A stretch of 35,327 bases of DNA from a virus (lineage: Duplodnaviria; Heunggongvirae; Uroviricota; Caudoviricetes). The position numbers and the translations under genes are program-made. Location of the stretch: the IMG/VR virus record IMGVR_UViG_2563366875_000005; one strand, 5' to 3'. The notes under the pieces are model-generated. The model ran no database searches and had not been told where the DNA came from. It worked only from the letters and a program-made list of their open reading frames with translations. Positions 9,032 to 17,521 of the stretch are shown here, piece by piece. Every line of letters starts with the position of its first letter. The first letter of the stretch is position 1.

Positions 9032-9756
9032 ATATCATTCGAGAATTTACCTCTAATTTGAATGGCGAGTTTTTCGCAATTATGTTTGCTATATTTTCTT
9101 TATTGTGTGTAATAATATCTCTTTTATTACTCAAAAAAAGAGAGACCATTTACAATGAAAAACTAAATAGAATTGAACTTGATTTTATGCGTTCAAATTA
9201 TGAAAATAAGATTTATGAATTAAATGAAAAGTTAACTTTTGAAAAGAAAAGATGGTTAGATAATAATCATTTTTTCGCAAATATGCCTAATGACGATCGG
9301 AAGATAGGTGCAATCAATCAAGCGATCAATCCACATTTTTTTCTAGAGAACATGGGGTTAAACCCTGATGCATTGAACATTAAACCAAAGAGTGTATTTA
9401 TCCTCACTCCATTTAATGATAGGTATCTTAATGATTACAAAGCTATTGAACAGGCTTGTATCAACATTGGTATATCTGTTTCTCGTGGAGATGAAGAACG
9501 CATAAATGGTGATATCTTATCCTATATAGTTTCTCAAATTTGTTCATCTCAATTGATTATCGCTAATATTTCTGGTAGAAATCCTAATGTTTTCTATGAA
9601 CTAGGTATTGCCCAGGCATTAGGAAAGCCGGCCATAATAGTCAGTAAAGGTGCAAAGGATATACCTTTCGACTTAAAAAATAGACAGGTTTTCATTTACG
9701 AGAGTTTATCTGATTTAACATCAAAAATCCAGAAAGCCGTTGTGAGTCTTCTTTAA
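9028..9756 (+). CDS. Membrane-anchored protein with C-terminal NDT/TIR-like (SLOG-fold) domain (cargo gene 2)
   Basis: 242 aa; N-terminal TM helix (FFAIMFAIFSLLCVIISLLLL) followed by KKRE; charged helical linker; the C-terminal ~120 aa carry VFILTPFND and LIIANISGRNPNVFYELGIAQALGKPAIIV, resembling the catalytic-Glu motif of nucleoside 2-deoxyribosyltransferase-like / TIR-like domains. The candidate Glu is E191 (codon 9598-9600). Confidence 0.75.
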   Translation: MNIIREFTSNLNGEFFAIMFAIFSLLCVIISLLLLKKRETIYNEKLNRIELDFMRSNYENKIYELNEKLTFEKKRWLDNNHFFANMPNDDRKIGAINQAINPHFFLENMGLNPDALNIKPKSVFILTPFNDRYLNDYKAIEQACINIGISVSRGDEERINGDILSYIVSQICSSQLIIANISGRNPNVFYELGIAQALGKPAIIVSKGAKDIPFDLKNRQVFIYESLSDLTSKIQKAVVSLL

Positions 9757-9885
9757 TTCATAGTTCTGTATTTCCCCTCAGGGCGGCAATGTCGTCCTGA
9801 GTAGTCCAGCGAAAGAATTGTCAGCATTGTCTCATATTAGTCATATACCATTATTACTGCTATTTAGTTTCTGAACCACTTATAA

Positions 9886-9903
9886 CTAGAAATATATTTC
9901 TAG
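9886..9903. repeat. 18-bp perfect palindrome ctagaaatatatttctag
   Basis: Read directly; it is its own reverse complement. Lies inside the 724-bp ORF-free gap between cargo genes. Confidence 0.85.
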
Positions 9904-10231
9904 CATCCCATTACCCATCGCATACCATTATTAAAATTCTATAAGTCCTTTATCCGAAGGGCGGCTTTATATATACAGACGCTTTGCATGGATACAGACT
10001 CGCGAAGAATTCCTTAGTTATATGTCCGTTGCAGTTCAAGTATAATCGTGAACCACCGTCTACGTAGATAGCCATAATCTCCCCTTCAAAAGATACCAGC
10101 AACGAGTTAGTCGAAAAAGATATCTCAAATCGGCGGATAAGGGGCTCTCACCAGACTGAATGAGCCTCCTAAAAAACCGGGGATGATAGTAACTATTATG
10201 TAGGCTTATCCGTAGCGATTAATTTGCTACT

Positions 10232-10259
10232 AATGCCCGCTGCTGGCACAGAGCAGACC
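10232..10259. repeat. GC-rich hairpin element, copy 1
   Basis: aatgcccgctgctggcacagagcagacc shares the core ctggcacagagc with copy 3. Confidence 0.6.
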
Positions 10260-10273
10260 ATCGGACTGAACTG

Positions 10274-10304
10274 AATGTCCGCTCTGAGCGAGGAGCGGAA
10301 GTCC
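10274..10304. repeat. GC-rich hairpin element, copy 2
   Basis: aatgtccgctctgagcgaggagcggaagtcc; 7-bp stem tccgctc/gagcgga; shares aatgtccgct with copy 3. Confidence 0.6.
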
Positions 10305-10417
10305 ATAATCATTCCCACCTTTGGCAAGAGCAATACTAATTTCTGATGGGATAGGATAATTAATAGACAACTGGCTAGTCGGAAATGCAGAGTTTTAACT
10401 TATATCGCATGTATACA

Positions 10418-10445
10418 TTGACCATTTTTAAATCGATAGTAACAT
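10418..10445 (+). promoter_or_regulatory. Putative sigma70 promoter for cargo gene 3
   Basis: TTGACC (10418-10423), 16-bp spacer, TAACAT (10440-10445); AGGAA RBS at 10471-10475 before the ATG at 10481. Confidence 0.35.
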
Positions 10446-10480
10446 CTTTCAAGACAATTGAGTATATATAAGGAATAAGA

Positions 10481-11239
10481 ATGAGCTTGCACCCTGAAAT
10501 ACTATTTCATTTTACAGATAAAGACGGGTTGTTAAATATACTTGAACACACATTTAAAATATCATACGCGAGAGAAAGGATACAAGGTAAGAATGAAATA
10601 AGAGAATTTGGTATTCCTATGGTTTCTTTTTGTGATATCAAACTTTCCGATCTAAAGGATCATATTGATAAGTATAGGGATTATGGCATTGGGTTAAATA
10701 AAGCATGGGCAAATTCAAAAGGACTCAATCCAGTTTGGTATGTAAGTAAAAATAGCGAATTCCCCGATGCATTTACCTCTGCATTAAACTCTTTATATCG
10801 AAAAATGGATTCTATATTGGACAATAAAGAGTATAAAGAATTTAATGAAACTTACATGAAATTCATGGATATATATAGATATCTTAAAAATTACGAGGGG
10901 GAACTAAAAAGATCCAAAGAAGTAATTAAAAACTATAGATTTGCGGATGAAAAAGAATGGAGATTCGTTCCAAGTATCAGCGAAGAAGATATATTACCAT
11001 TCGTACCTATTACTAAAATAAAAACAAAAAACCAGAAAGCGGAATATAATAATCAGATCAGTCATCTTCGCTTGAGCTTTGAGCCAAAAGATATAAAGTA
11101 TATCATTGTCAAAGATGAACATGATATTATTGATATTGTTAATCATCTTAAAATGGTTAAAAGTAGATTCTCTTCTCTTGATATAACACAACTACAAACG
11201 CGCATATTGACTACTGAGCAAATAAAAACTGACATGTGA
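10481..11239 (+). CDS. Hypothetical soluble cargo protein (cargo gene 3), possible Abi-like single-gene defence or exclusion protein
   Basis: 252 aa, no TM segments, Lys/Glu/Tyr/Asn-rich, very AT-rich with its own promoter and RBS; N-terminus MSLHPEILFHFTDKDGLLNILEH. I could not place it in a family from sequence alone. Confidence 0.75.
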   Translation: MSLHPEILFHFTDKDGLLNILEHTFKISYARERIQGKNEIREFGIPMVSFCDIKLSDLKDHIDKYRDYGIGLNKAWANSKGLNPVWYVSKNSEFPDAFTSALNSLYRKMDSILDNKEYKEFNETYMKFMDIYRYLKNYEGELKRSKEVIKNYRFADEKEWRFVPSISEEDILPFVPITKIKTKNQKAEYNNQISHLRLSFEPKDIKYIIVKDEHDIIDIVNHLKMVKSRFSSLDITQLQTRILTTEQIKTDM

Positions 11240-11285
11240 TGATATTATTAACTATTCAAAGGTTAATAATACAACCAGCGGTATC

Positions 11286-11316
11286 AATGTCCGCTTCTGG
11301 CACAGAGCGGACTGTC
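11286..11316. repeat. GC-rich hairpin element, copy 3
   Basis: aatgtccgcttctggcacagagcggactgtc; 7-bp stem gtccgct/agcggac with a 10-nt loop; 47 bp after the gene 3 stop and 58 bp before the G stop on the other strand. Confidence 0.6.
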
Positions 11317-11373
11317 AGATTAGGCTTTACTCTGTGCCATAGATATGTAAGCTCACACCAGAGATCATACAAC

Positions 11374-11901
11374 TTATTGCGGCATTTCCGGCCATTCGGG
11401 ATTTGCAGGATCCACACGACTGACCAGAACGCTGTAGCGTTCCCATGCTTCCAGTCGGCTGCGTTCCTCATCCGTCGCCATATTCAGCCTGACAGCGCGT
11501 TCCAGCGGCAAAATCACGGATTCAGCTTCGGAAAGTAAAGCTGCCTTTTGTGATTCTGCCAGTTGCTGCTGTTCATCTGCCGTATAAATCCGCTTAATCA
11601 CGGCACCATCCTTAAACATCCATTTACCTGAGTCATCAGCACGTCGGTTGGCGGTAATATCAGGAACCTCGACAACGCTAAAACCTTCAGGGTTAAGCGT
11701 TGAAACATCTCTGGTGATGCCGACAATTATATTATTCTCGTCGTAAACAATCTTTATCGTGTCTTCCTGAAAATTACTTACTTCCTCATACCAGTTTTTT
11801 CCGTCTTCAGACCATAACCAGATAACATCAAAATTTTTTGTCAGTTGATATTGGGCAACAGTTTTGGGATTACCCGCAGTAATATTTTTTAAATGCTGCA
11901 T
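11374..11901 (-). CDS. G: Tail fiber assembly chaperone (gpG)
   Basis: 175 aa, immediately downstream of the tail fiber gene; N-terminus [20 protein letters not shown]. Confidence 0.85.
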   Translation of the reverse strand: MQHLKNITAGNPKTVAQYQLTKNFDVIWLWSEDGKNWYEEVSNFQEDTIKIVYDENNIIVGITRDVSTLNPEGFSVVEVPDITANRRADDSGKWMFKDGAVIKRIYTADEQQQLAESQKAALLSEAESVILPLERAVRLNMATDEERSRLEAWERYSVLVSRVDPANPEWPEMPQ

Positions 11902-11904
11902 AAA

Positions 11905-13863
11905 TTACACCTGTGCGACGTTATACCATGTGCCATTAATGTATTTTTGTATTGGTCTGAATACTGCCGGATCATCGCCATCAACTTCGCCGACAATGCC
12001 AAGTCCTGTAATTGCATGCCCTGCTTTCTCATACATCACGCCTTTTTGCATGGTCTGAACAACACGCGTACCCAGGCGAATATCTTTCACATAGCGGGAA
12101 TCAAAATTTCCGTAATCTGATGGGTTAACACGTCCAGTAACATTTAATCCATGCCCAATTGAAACAGCACCATTGGCGTTGTTAATAGTAAGTGGTCTTA
12201 AATTATTCCATGAGCCAAATCTGTCACCAGATGCAGTCAGCATAAAATAAGTATCTTTGCCGTCATTTCTGATAAAGAAACCATAATTGCCATAAGCAAC
12301 GCGCAGACCATTAGCACTGAGCGATGTAATTTCACCTCTTGAACGAAGACCATAAGCAGAGCTGAGTGATAATTCTTCCTGAGCATCAGTATTACCTGTC
12401 GCCCAGCGAATTACCCCGCCCTGTACTGTTTCATGCCAGATAGTGTCTCCTTCTCCACCACGAAACTTTCTGAGATATTTTTTGCCGCCTCTGGTGCCTG
12501 AACATAAGGCCGTAGACATATAGGCATTCTGGCTTCCGCCATCCTGATTAATCGTTCCGGTCATTGCGTCGCCCTGACGATTCCAGTCACGACGCCAGCC
12601 GGGGGAGTAGCCGTCCCCATGATTTATGTAAGTGAATTGCGCGCTGGTTGTACCGCCACCGCTTGATGTTGTTGGCGTGGTCACTCGGATAGTGATTGCA
12701 GATTTAGTTCCCATGACCTCGACGACACAACCAGCCAGGTGGATATCACCACATCCGGTATCCGTAATGATTTTGTTATTTGCATATGACCAGGAGCCTT
12801 TGCACATCCAGTACGGATGATTAAATGCACCACGGGAATCCAGCCATTCAATAAACTGAGCGGTTGTCCAGTTTCCGGCTTCAGTGCTCAAAGCGCCGCT
12901 ATAAGCACGACAGGCACCGATATTTTTCGTGAAGGTATCCTTTCCCGGAATATCCGCACCGTTCTGATCTTTCTGAAGACGTTTTTCAGCATTGTCATAG
13001 GCAGACTTCACTGCTTTTGGCGTTGCCGCGAGGGTTTCAGAATCACTGTTGGTGGCGCTACTGAGCTGGACAAGACCTTTTCGCGCCGTGGTGGCATCCT
13101 GTGCAGTGTATTTCCCGTTAGCAAGGTCATACGCTGTCTTAACCGCCTTTGGCGTTGCCGCAAGCGTTTCAGACGTGCTGTTGGTGGCACTACTGAGCTG
13201 GACAAGACCTTTTCGCGCTGTGGTAGCGTCCTGTGCGGTATATTTCCCGTTAGCAAGGTCATAGGCGGCCTTAACCGCTTTCGGCGTTGCGGCCAGTGTT
13301 TCAGACGTGCTGTTGGTCGCATTGCTTAACTGAGTAAAACCTTTTGCAGTCAGTGAGGCGTCCGGGTGGCGTCGTGACTGTTCGTGTTCTGCAATTTTGT
13401 CATCAACGTAATCCTGCGTCGCCATCACCGTTGTGGTGTCAATGGTCAGCGCCACTGAGGCCACACTGCTGACGATGATGACCATGCGGCAGGTCTGCGA
13501 ACGCCCTGAGCCTTCGGCAAGAGCGGGTTTATAACTTTCGGCCATGTTCGCCACGGCAATTAACGTTCCCGCATCATCGTACAGGCCAAGCTCACGCATC
13601 CAGAAACCGCCCACCTCCGGCGGAATAACCAGCTCTGCGATAATATAATTACTGTTTCGTTTGTCCTGGCTGATTTTGTTCAGCGCATGTCGCCAGACTT
13701 CATGGATAAGCCCGGTCTGTCCGGCATCCGGGACAGGCAATTTACCACCACCATCCCCGACGGCCATCGTGGTAATGTTGACCTTCCGCCCTCCCGGTGC
13801 GGTTGCTGCTGCCAGCTTTGCTGCACCGGCAGTGGTGATAACGGTTCTGAATTTTGTGCTCAT
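11905..13863 (-). CDS. H: Tail fiber protein (gpH)
   Basis: 652 aa; N-terminus MSTKFRTVITTAGAAKLAAATAPGG; contains tandem 44-aa repeats; position between I and G. Confidence 0.85.
   Translation of the reverse strand: MSTKFRTVITTAGAAKLAAATAPGGRKVNITTMAVGDGGGKLPVPDAGQTGLIHEVWRHALNKISQDKRNSNYIIAELVIPPEVGGFWMRELGLYDDAGTLIAVANMAESYKPALAEGSGRSQTCRMVIIVSSVASVALTIDTTTVMATQDYVDDKIAEHEQSRRHPDASLTAKGFTQLSNATNSTSETLAATPKAVKAAYDLANGKYTAQDATTARKGLVQLSSATNSTSETLAATPKAVKTAYDLANGKYTAQDATTARKGLVQLSSATNSDSETLAATPKAVKSAYDNAEKRLQKDQNGADIPGKDTFTKNIGACRAYSGALSTEAGNWTTAQFIEWLDSRGAFNHPYWMCKGSWSYANNKIITDTGCGDIHLAGCVVEVMGTKSAITIRVTTPTTSSGGGTTSAQFTYINHGDGYSPGWRRDWNRQGDAMTGTINQDGGSQNAYMSTALCSGTRGGKKYLRKFRGGEGDTIWHETVQGGVIRWATGNTDAQEELSLSSAYGLRSRGEITSLSANGLRVAYGNYGFFIRNDGKDTYFMLTASGDRFGSWNNLRPLTINNANGAVSIGHGLNVTGRVNPSDYGNFDSRYVKDIRLGTRVVQTMQKGVMYEKAGHAITGLGIVGEVDGDDPAVFRPIQKYINGTWYNVAQV
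12975..13345 (-). repeat. Tandem 132-bp (44-codon) repeats inside tail fiber gene H, about 2.8 copies
   Basis: Units begin near 13016, 13148 and 13280; they encode repeated SATNSTSETLAATPKAVK.AYDLANGKYTAQDATTARKGLVQLS. Confidence 0.7.
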
Positions 13864-13873
13864 TATTCCTCAC

Positions 13874-14404
13874 TTATCCGGGGTAAACCGTAATTACATC
13901 GCCGTCATAAGCCACACCACCGGCGAACAGGTAGCCGGGAATGTCCCGGGTAATGTTCAGACCAATAAGGTGACGGCTTGCAGGTTTGGCATCGGCAATC
14001 AGCCGTTCCATTTCCTGATACATTGCCTCTGTGATACCGCTTTCCAGTACACCAATATCAAGCCGGAAAGTGCCGGGCGGGTCACTGTTTTCCCACCACT
14101 CCGTCACGTTGATGAGATAGCCTAGCGGCTCCACCACACGCCGGATTGCGCCGATAGTGCCTTTATGACAGTGGATGAAATAGGCATCGCGGATAACGGC
14201 GCGTTTTGTCGCTTCCGGCCACTTTTCATCCCACCTGTCGACCGAAAACGCCCACGCCAGCCACGGCAGCAGATTTGCCGGGCAGGTGTCCGGGTTCCAC
14301 AGCTCACGAATACTGACCGGTGTTTTTTCAATTTCCGCACAGGCTTTTGCGGCGGCAACTTCAAGCGGTGATGAGCCGGTCGGCAGCAGTCGCGAATCAC
14401 TCAT
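13874..14404 (-). CDS. I: Baseplate protein gpI
   Basis: 176 aa; 8-bp overlap with J; P2 order. Confidence 0.85.
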   Translation of the reverse strand: MSDSRLLPTGSSPLEVAAAKACAEIEKTPVSIRELWNPDTCPANLLPWLAWAFSVDRWDEKWPEATKRAVIRDAYFIHCHKGTIGAIRRVVEPLGYLINVTEWWENSDPPGTFRLDIGVLESGITEAMYQEMERLIADAKPASRHLIGLNITRDIPGYLFAGGVAYDGDVITVYPG

Positions 14405-15305
14405 CCGAGCCTCCGGTCACGACGCGGTATTCGGTACAGAAAGACGCCTGCGTATTGTTGAGCACGATGTCGGCCAGCGGTGCAGCCAGTTCGACACGCT
14501 GCACACCTTCCACATGCAAAGCGGCATAAATGGCAGACAGACGGATGTCGCGCCCCAGCCGGTGCTGTGCCGTGATGTATGCTTCCAGTTTTTTCACGGC
14601 GGCCGCGCGGATGGGTTCGCTTTCGGGACCAGGGTAAAGGTAAAGCGTGGCGTTTATCTGGTATTCAACAATGGCGGCAGACTGCACGGTCACGCGGTCG
14701 GCCACCGGTCTGACGTCCTCGCCATTCAGGGCGTTACGCACCACGGCCAGCAGGTCTTCGGATGCGACACCGTTATTTTCACGTGACAGCACAGAGATGG
14801 TGACGCAGGCAGGAGACGGACTGGTGACAGAAATATCGGCGACACGCCCGTCGGCACTGCGACCATGATACTGATAAGCTCCCACTGACCCGGCGACGCT
14901 TAAGCCCTCAAAAGCCTGCTGAATACGCAGACGATAATCGGTGTCAGACTCCATCACTGCCGGTGTCGGCGGGAGGGTCGAATCATCTGCCGGAGTGATA
15001 GTCAGGCGCGTGGTGTTGTAATTGGCACCAATCACATCAAGGTCATTACCGGCGGCACAGGCCAGCATTACCGCCCGTGCGGCCTCATTCACACGCTGAC
15101 GCCAGATAAGCTCACGATAAGCATTTTCCTCCAGCAGTTTGACGAGAGGCTCAGATTCCAGCGTCAGGGTACGGGCGACCGCCTCCTGCTGGTCTTCCGG
15201 GTAAAGGGAAATCAGTGTCGCCTTGCGTTCGGCGAGAATGGTTTCAAAGTCCAGCTCCTCGACCACATCCGGTGCGGGTAGCTGGTTCAGGTCGATAATC
15301 GGCAT
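14397..15305 (-). CDS. J: Baseplate assembly protein gpJ
   Basis: 302 aa; P2 order and length. Confidence 0.88.
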   Translation of the reverse strand: MPIIDLNQLPAPDVVEELDFETILAERKATLISLYPEDQQEAVARTLTLESEPLVKLLEENAYRELIWRQRVNEAARAVMLACAAGNDLDVIGANYNTTRLTITPADDSTLPPTPAVMESDTDYRLRIQQAFEGLSVAGSVGAYQYHGRSADGRVADISVTSPSPACVTISVLSRENNGVASEDLLAVVRNALNGEDVRPVADRVTVQSAAIVEYQINATLYLYPGPESEPIRAAAVKKLEAYITAQHRLGRDIRLSAIYAALHVEGVQRVELAAPLADIVLNNTQASFCTEYRVVTGGSDE

Positions 15306-15309
15306 GGTT

Positions 15310-15657
15310 TCAACTCACAGGGATGGTTAACGAAAGTGGCTGGCCGGTGTCGTTGTGCTGGCCGGTTAACGTGACCGTCATTCGCCCGTCAAAACTGCGC
15401 TCAGTGGTGACGGATGACAGGGTGACGCGGGGTTCCCATTTCAGCACCGCCATGTAACAGGCGACCTTAATCTGCAACTCAAGCGCCGGGGTCTGCGGCT
15501 GGTCAATCATTGACGCCAGCAATGAGCCGTAATCACGACGCATCACCCGTGAGCCGACCGGCGTGCGCAGGATATCGCCGATACTCTGGCTGATATGCTC
15601 AAGGTCAGTGACCGTCAGGCCATCACTGCGATTCATTCCGAGATAACGCGCTGTCAT
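15310..15657 (-). CDS. W: Baseplate wedge protein gpW
   Basis: 115 aa; P2 order and length. Confidence 0.85.
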   Translation of the reverse strand: MTARYLGMNRSDGLTVTDLEHISQSIGDILRTPVGSRVMRRDYGSLLASMIDQPQTPALELQIKVACYMAVLKWEPRVTLSSVTTERSFDGRMTVTLTGQHNDTGQPLSLTIPVS

Positions 15658-16289
15658 AGAGGACTCCCGGTTGTGCCGCCGCTGTCGCCGGGGTGTTTAT
15701 GGGTATGCAGTACCTTACCGTTTGATGAGAGTTCACCGCCGGTATGCGCGATGTTGCCGCGCATCGTCCCGCCCTTCTGCACTTCCAGCGTGCCGGTAAT
15801 CAGTTTGTTGGTGCAGACCACTTCCGGTGTGTCCAGGGTGACGCGGGTTGATGCTTTCACCGTGACCACCGGCACCGTGGCAGTAACAGAATCAGAAGCC
15901 ATCACGCTGGCCGTTTTAATTCCGCTTACCGTGAGTGCACTGGTTTCAGGTTCATACTCAATCACCGCCCCGTCAGGGAAACGGATATGCAGGGCATCCG
16001 CCGACGCAGACGGCGCGGGGTTATCGCCGGAATAAATCCCCGGCAGAACGAACGCCGTGTCGAGTTCACCGCCCACGGCCAGAATCAGCACCTGTTCCCC
16101 CACGGAAGGTGCCCACCATGTGCGCGAACGTCCGGCGCGACAGGTCAGCCACTGAAGCCAGTCGGTGCACATGCCGCCGGTCTGCACACGGCAGCGACCG
16201 GCGTTAAGGTCGGTTTCGACGATAATGCCGGTGCGGATCATGTTGCGCAGTGCGCGCGCGAGTTCCTGAATATTTGTGAGAGTGTTCAT
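15654..16289 (-). CDS. V: Baseplate assembly/spike protein gpV
   Basis: 211 aa; first gene of the V-W-J-I-H-G block. Confidence 0.85.
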   Translation of the reverse strand: MNTLTNIQELARALRNMIRTGIIVETDLNAGRCRVQTGGMCTDWLQWLTCRAGRSRTWWAPSVGEQVLILAVGGELDTAFVLPGIYSGDNPAPSASADALHIRFPDGAVIEYEPETSALTVSGIKTASVMASDSVTATVPVVTVKASTRVTLDTPEVVCTNKLITGTLEVQKGGTMRGNIAHTGGELSSNGKVLHTHKHPGDSGGTTGSPL

Positions 16290-16355
16290 AACGGGAAGGA
16301 TGCCGCCGGGTCATACCGGCGGCAATGTGACGATGAGGTGTCGGGAATGGCACAA

Positions 16356-16808
16356 CTAACGGTCGAGGTGAGCCAGGATAATCTCTTCAATCATCTGCAC
16401 ATCCTCACCGGTAAAGCCGAGCAGAGGACGCGCCGGATAATCAATTTTCTTACCGTCTTTCCGGTTTTCTTCCGACAGACCGAACTGATGCACGCTGGCG
16501 ATTTTCGGTGACTTCCCGCCGTAAAATTCCATTGATGCCTGTTCCGGGCTGGCGCGGATATGCAAAAAACGGCTGGTGATAAGTTTCGCAAACATTTTTC
16601 GCTTAACACGACCGGTCTTTTTTCTGGCGCTCTGCTGCTGGCGTGGTGCGTAGGGTGTGCCGTCCGGGGCTTTCTGTGCCATCACCCGACGCTGCTGACT
16701 CTGACGCAGACGTTTCGCCAGTTCGGCGCTCAGTCGCCGACGCCCTGACGGTGACAGCGACTCAATAAGTCCGGTCAGCCTGTCTTCAAAACGCTTAAAC
16801 TCATTCAT
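16356..16808 (-). CDS. S: Tail completion protein gpS
   Basis: 150 aa; overlaps R by 8 bp. Confidence 0.85.
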   Translation of the reverse strand: MNEFKRFEDRLTGLIESLSPSGRRRLSAELAKRLRQSQQRRVMAQKAPDGTPYAPRQQQSARKKTGRVKRKMFAKLITSRFLHIRASPEQASMEFYGGKSPKIASVHQFGLSEENRKDGKKIDYPARPLLGFTGEDVQMIEEIILAHLDR

Positions 16809-17268
16809 CCCACTTACTCACCAGTTCGCCATTGATATAAAGCTCCATCGGGCGGGTGACCGGCTCCGGCGGCGGAGGTTCCGGGATATTCTTCACATGC
16901 AGCGCGCCATCCACCTCACTGACCAGCGTGCGCTCGGTCAGCATCAGGCTGATGCTGATATCAAAGCTGCTGTCATTGTTGATGTCTGCATAAAACGTGA
17001 AGCCCTTTTTCTGGCCTTCGTCGGTGGTCATGATGTCGGGCTGATTTTCCCGCAGCCACGCCAGCACCGGCACGATGAGCAGGTCAAAATCACCGGTAAA
17101 GTCGGTCACAATCACGTTGAGCGTGTAACGCTTTTCGAATGACAGCGACGTCGCCAGTGTGGAGGCAATACTCCCGTTATCCACGAATATCCGCAGCATC
17201 TCGGGGCTTGTTTTCAGCACCGTGACGGCATCAGTCAGCGCCCTGCGCAGGCTGTCGGGTTTGAGCAT
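16801..17268 (-). CDS. R: Tail completion protein gpR
   Basis: 155 aa; P2 order. Confidence 0.85.
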   Translation of the reverse strand: MLKPDSLRRALTDAVTVLKTSPEMLRIFVDNGSIASTLATSLSFEKRYTLNVIVTDFTGDFDLLIVPVLAWLRENQPDIMTTDEGQKKGFTFYADINNDSSFDISISLMLTERTLVSEVDGALHVKNIPEPPPPEPVTRPMELYINGELVSKWDE

Positions 17269-17521
17269 CGTTTTCGTCCTGACAGTGTTTAATCATTTTT
17301 ACCTGGCTGGCACAGCGTGCCAGCGCGTTCTCAAGCTGCCGGATATCAGCACTTAAATCGCCGTTCGTCTGCGGGTCACTGCCCGGCATCGGGCAAAGGC
17401 TCACTTTCGGGCAGGCGTTGTGGACAATCACTGGCGTCGGTGCAGGCGGGGCGCTGGTGCAACCGGCGCACAGCATCAGGCAGGACAGCACCGTACCAGC
17501 GGCGAAAATCCTCGTTTTCAT
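17231..17521 (-). CDS. lysC: LysC, Rz1-like outer-membrane lipoprotein (o-spanin-like), embedded in lysB in another frame
   Basis: 96-aa product from the ATG at 17521: MKTRIFAAGTVLSCLMLCAGC, a signal peptide with lipobox Cys, then a Pro-rich segment. Lies within and overlaps lysB, the classic Rz/Rz1 arrangement. Confidence 0.7.
   Translation of the reverse strand: MKTRIFAAGTVLSCLMLCAGCTSAPPAPTPVIVHNACPKVSLCPMPGSDPQTNGDLSADIRQLENALARCASQVKMIKHCQDENDAQTRQPAQGAD

Noticed and set aside
12975-13345. Possible CRISPR array or IS element
   Set aside because: The only regular tandem repeats in the window are these in-frame coding repeats of gene H. I found no repeat-spacer architecture, cas genes, transposase or inverted terminal repeats.
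16302-16323. Strong 8-bp GC hairpin (gccgccgg / ccggcggc) between S and V
   Set aside because: No adjacent T-tract on either strand, so I could not call it a terminator. It may still be part of the late-operon boundary or promoter but there is no support beyond the stem.
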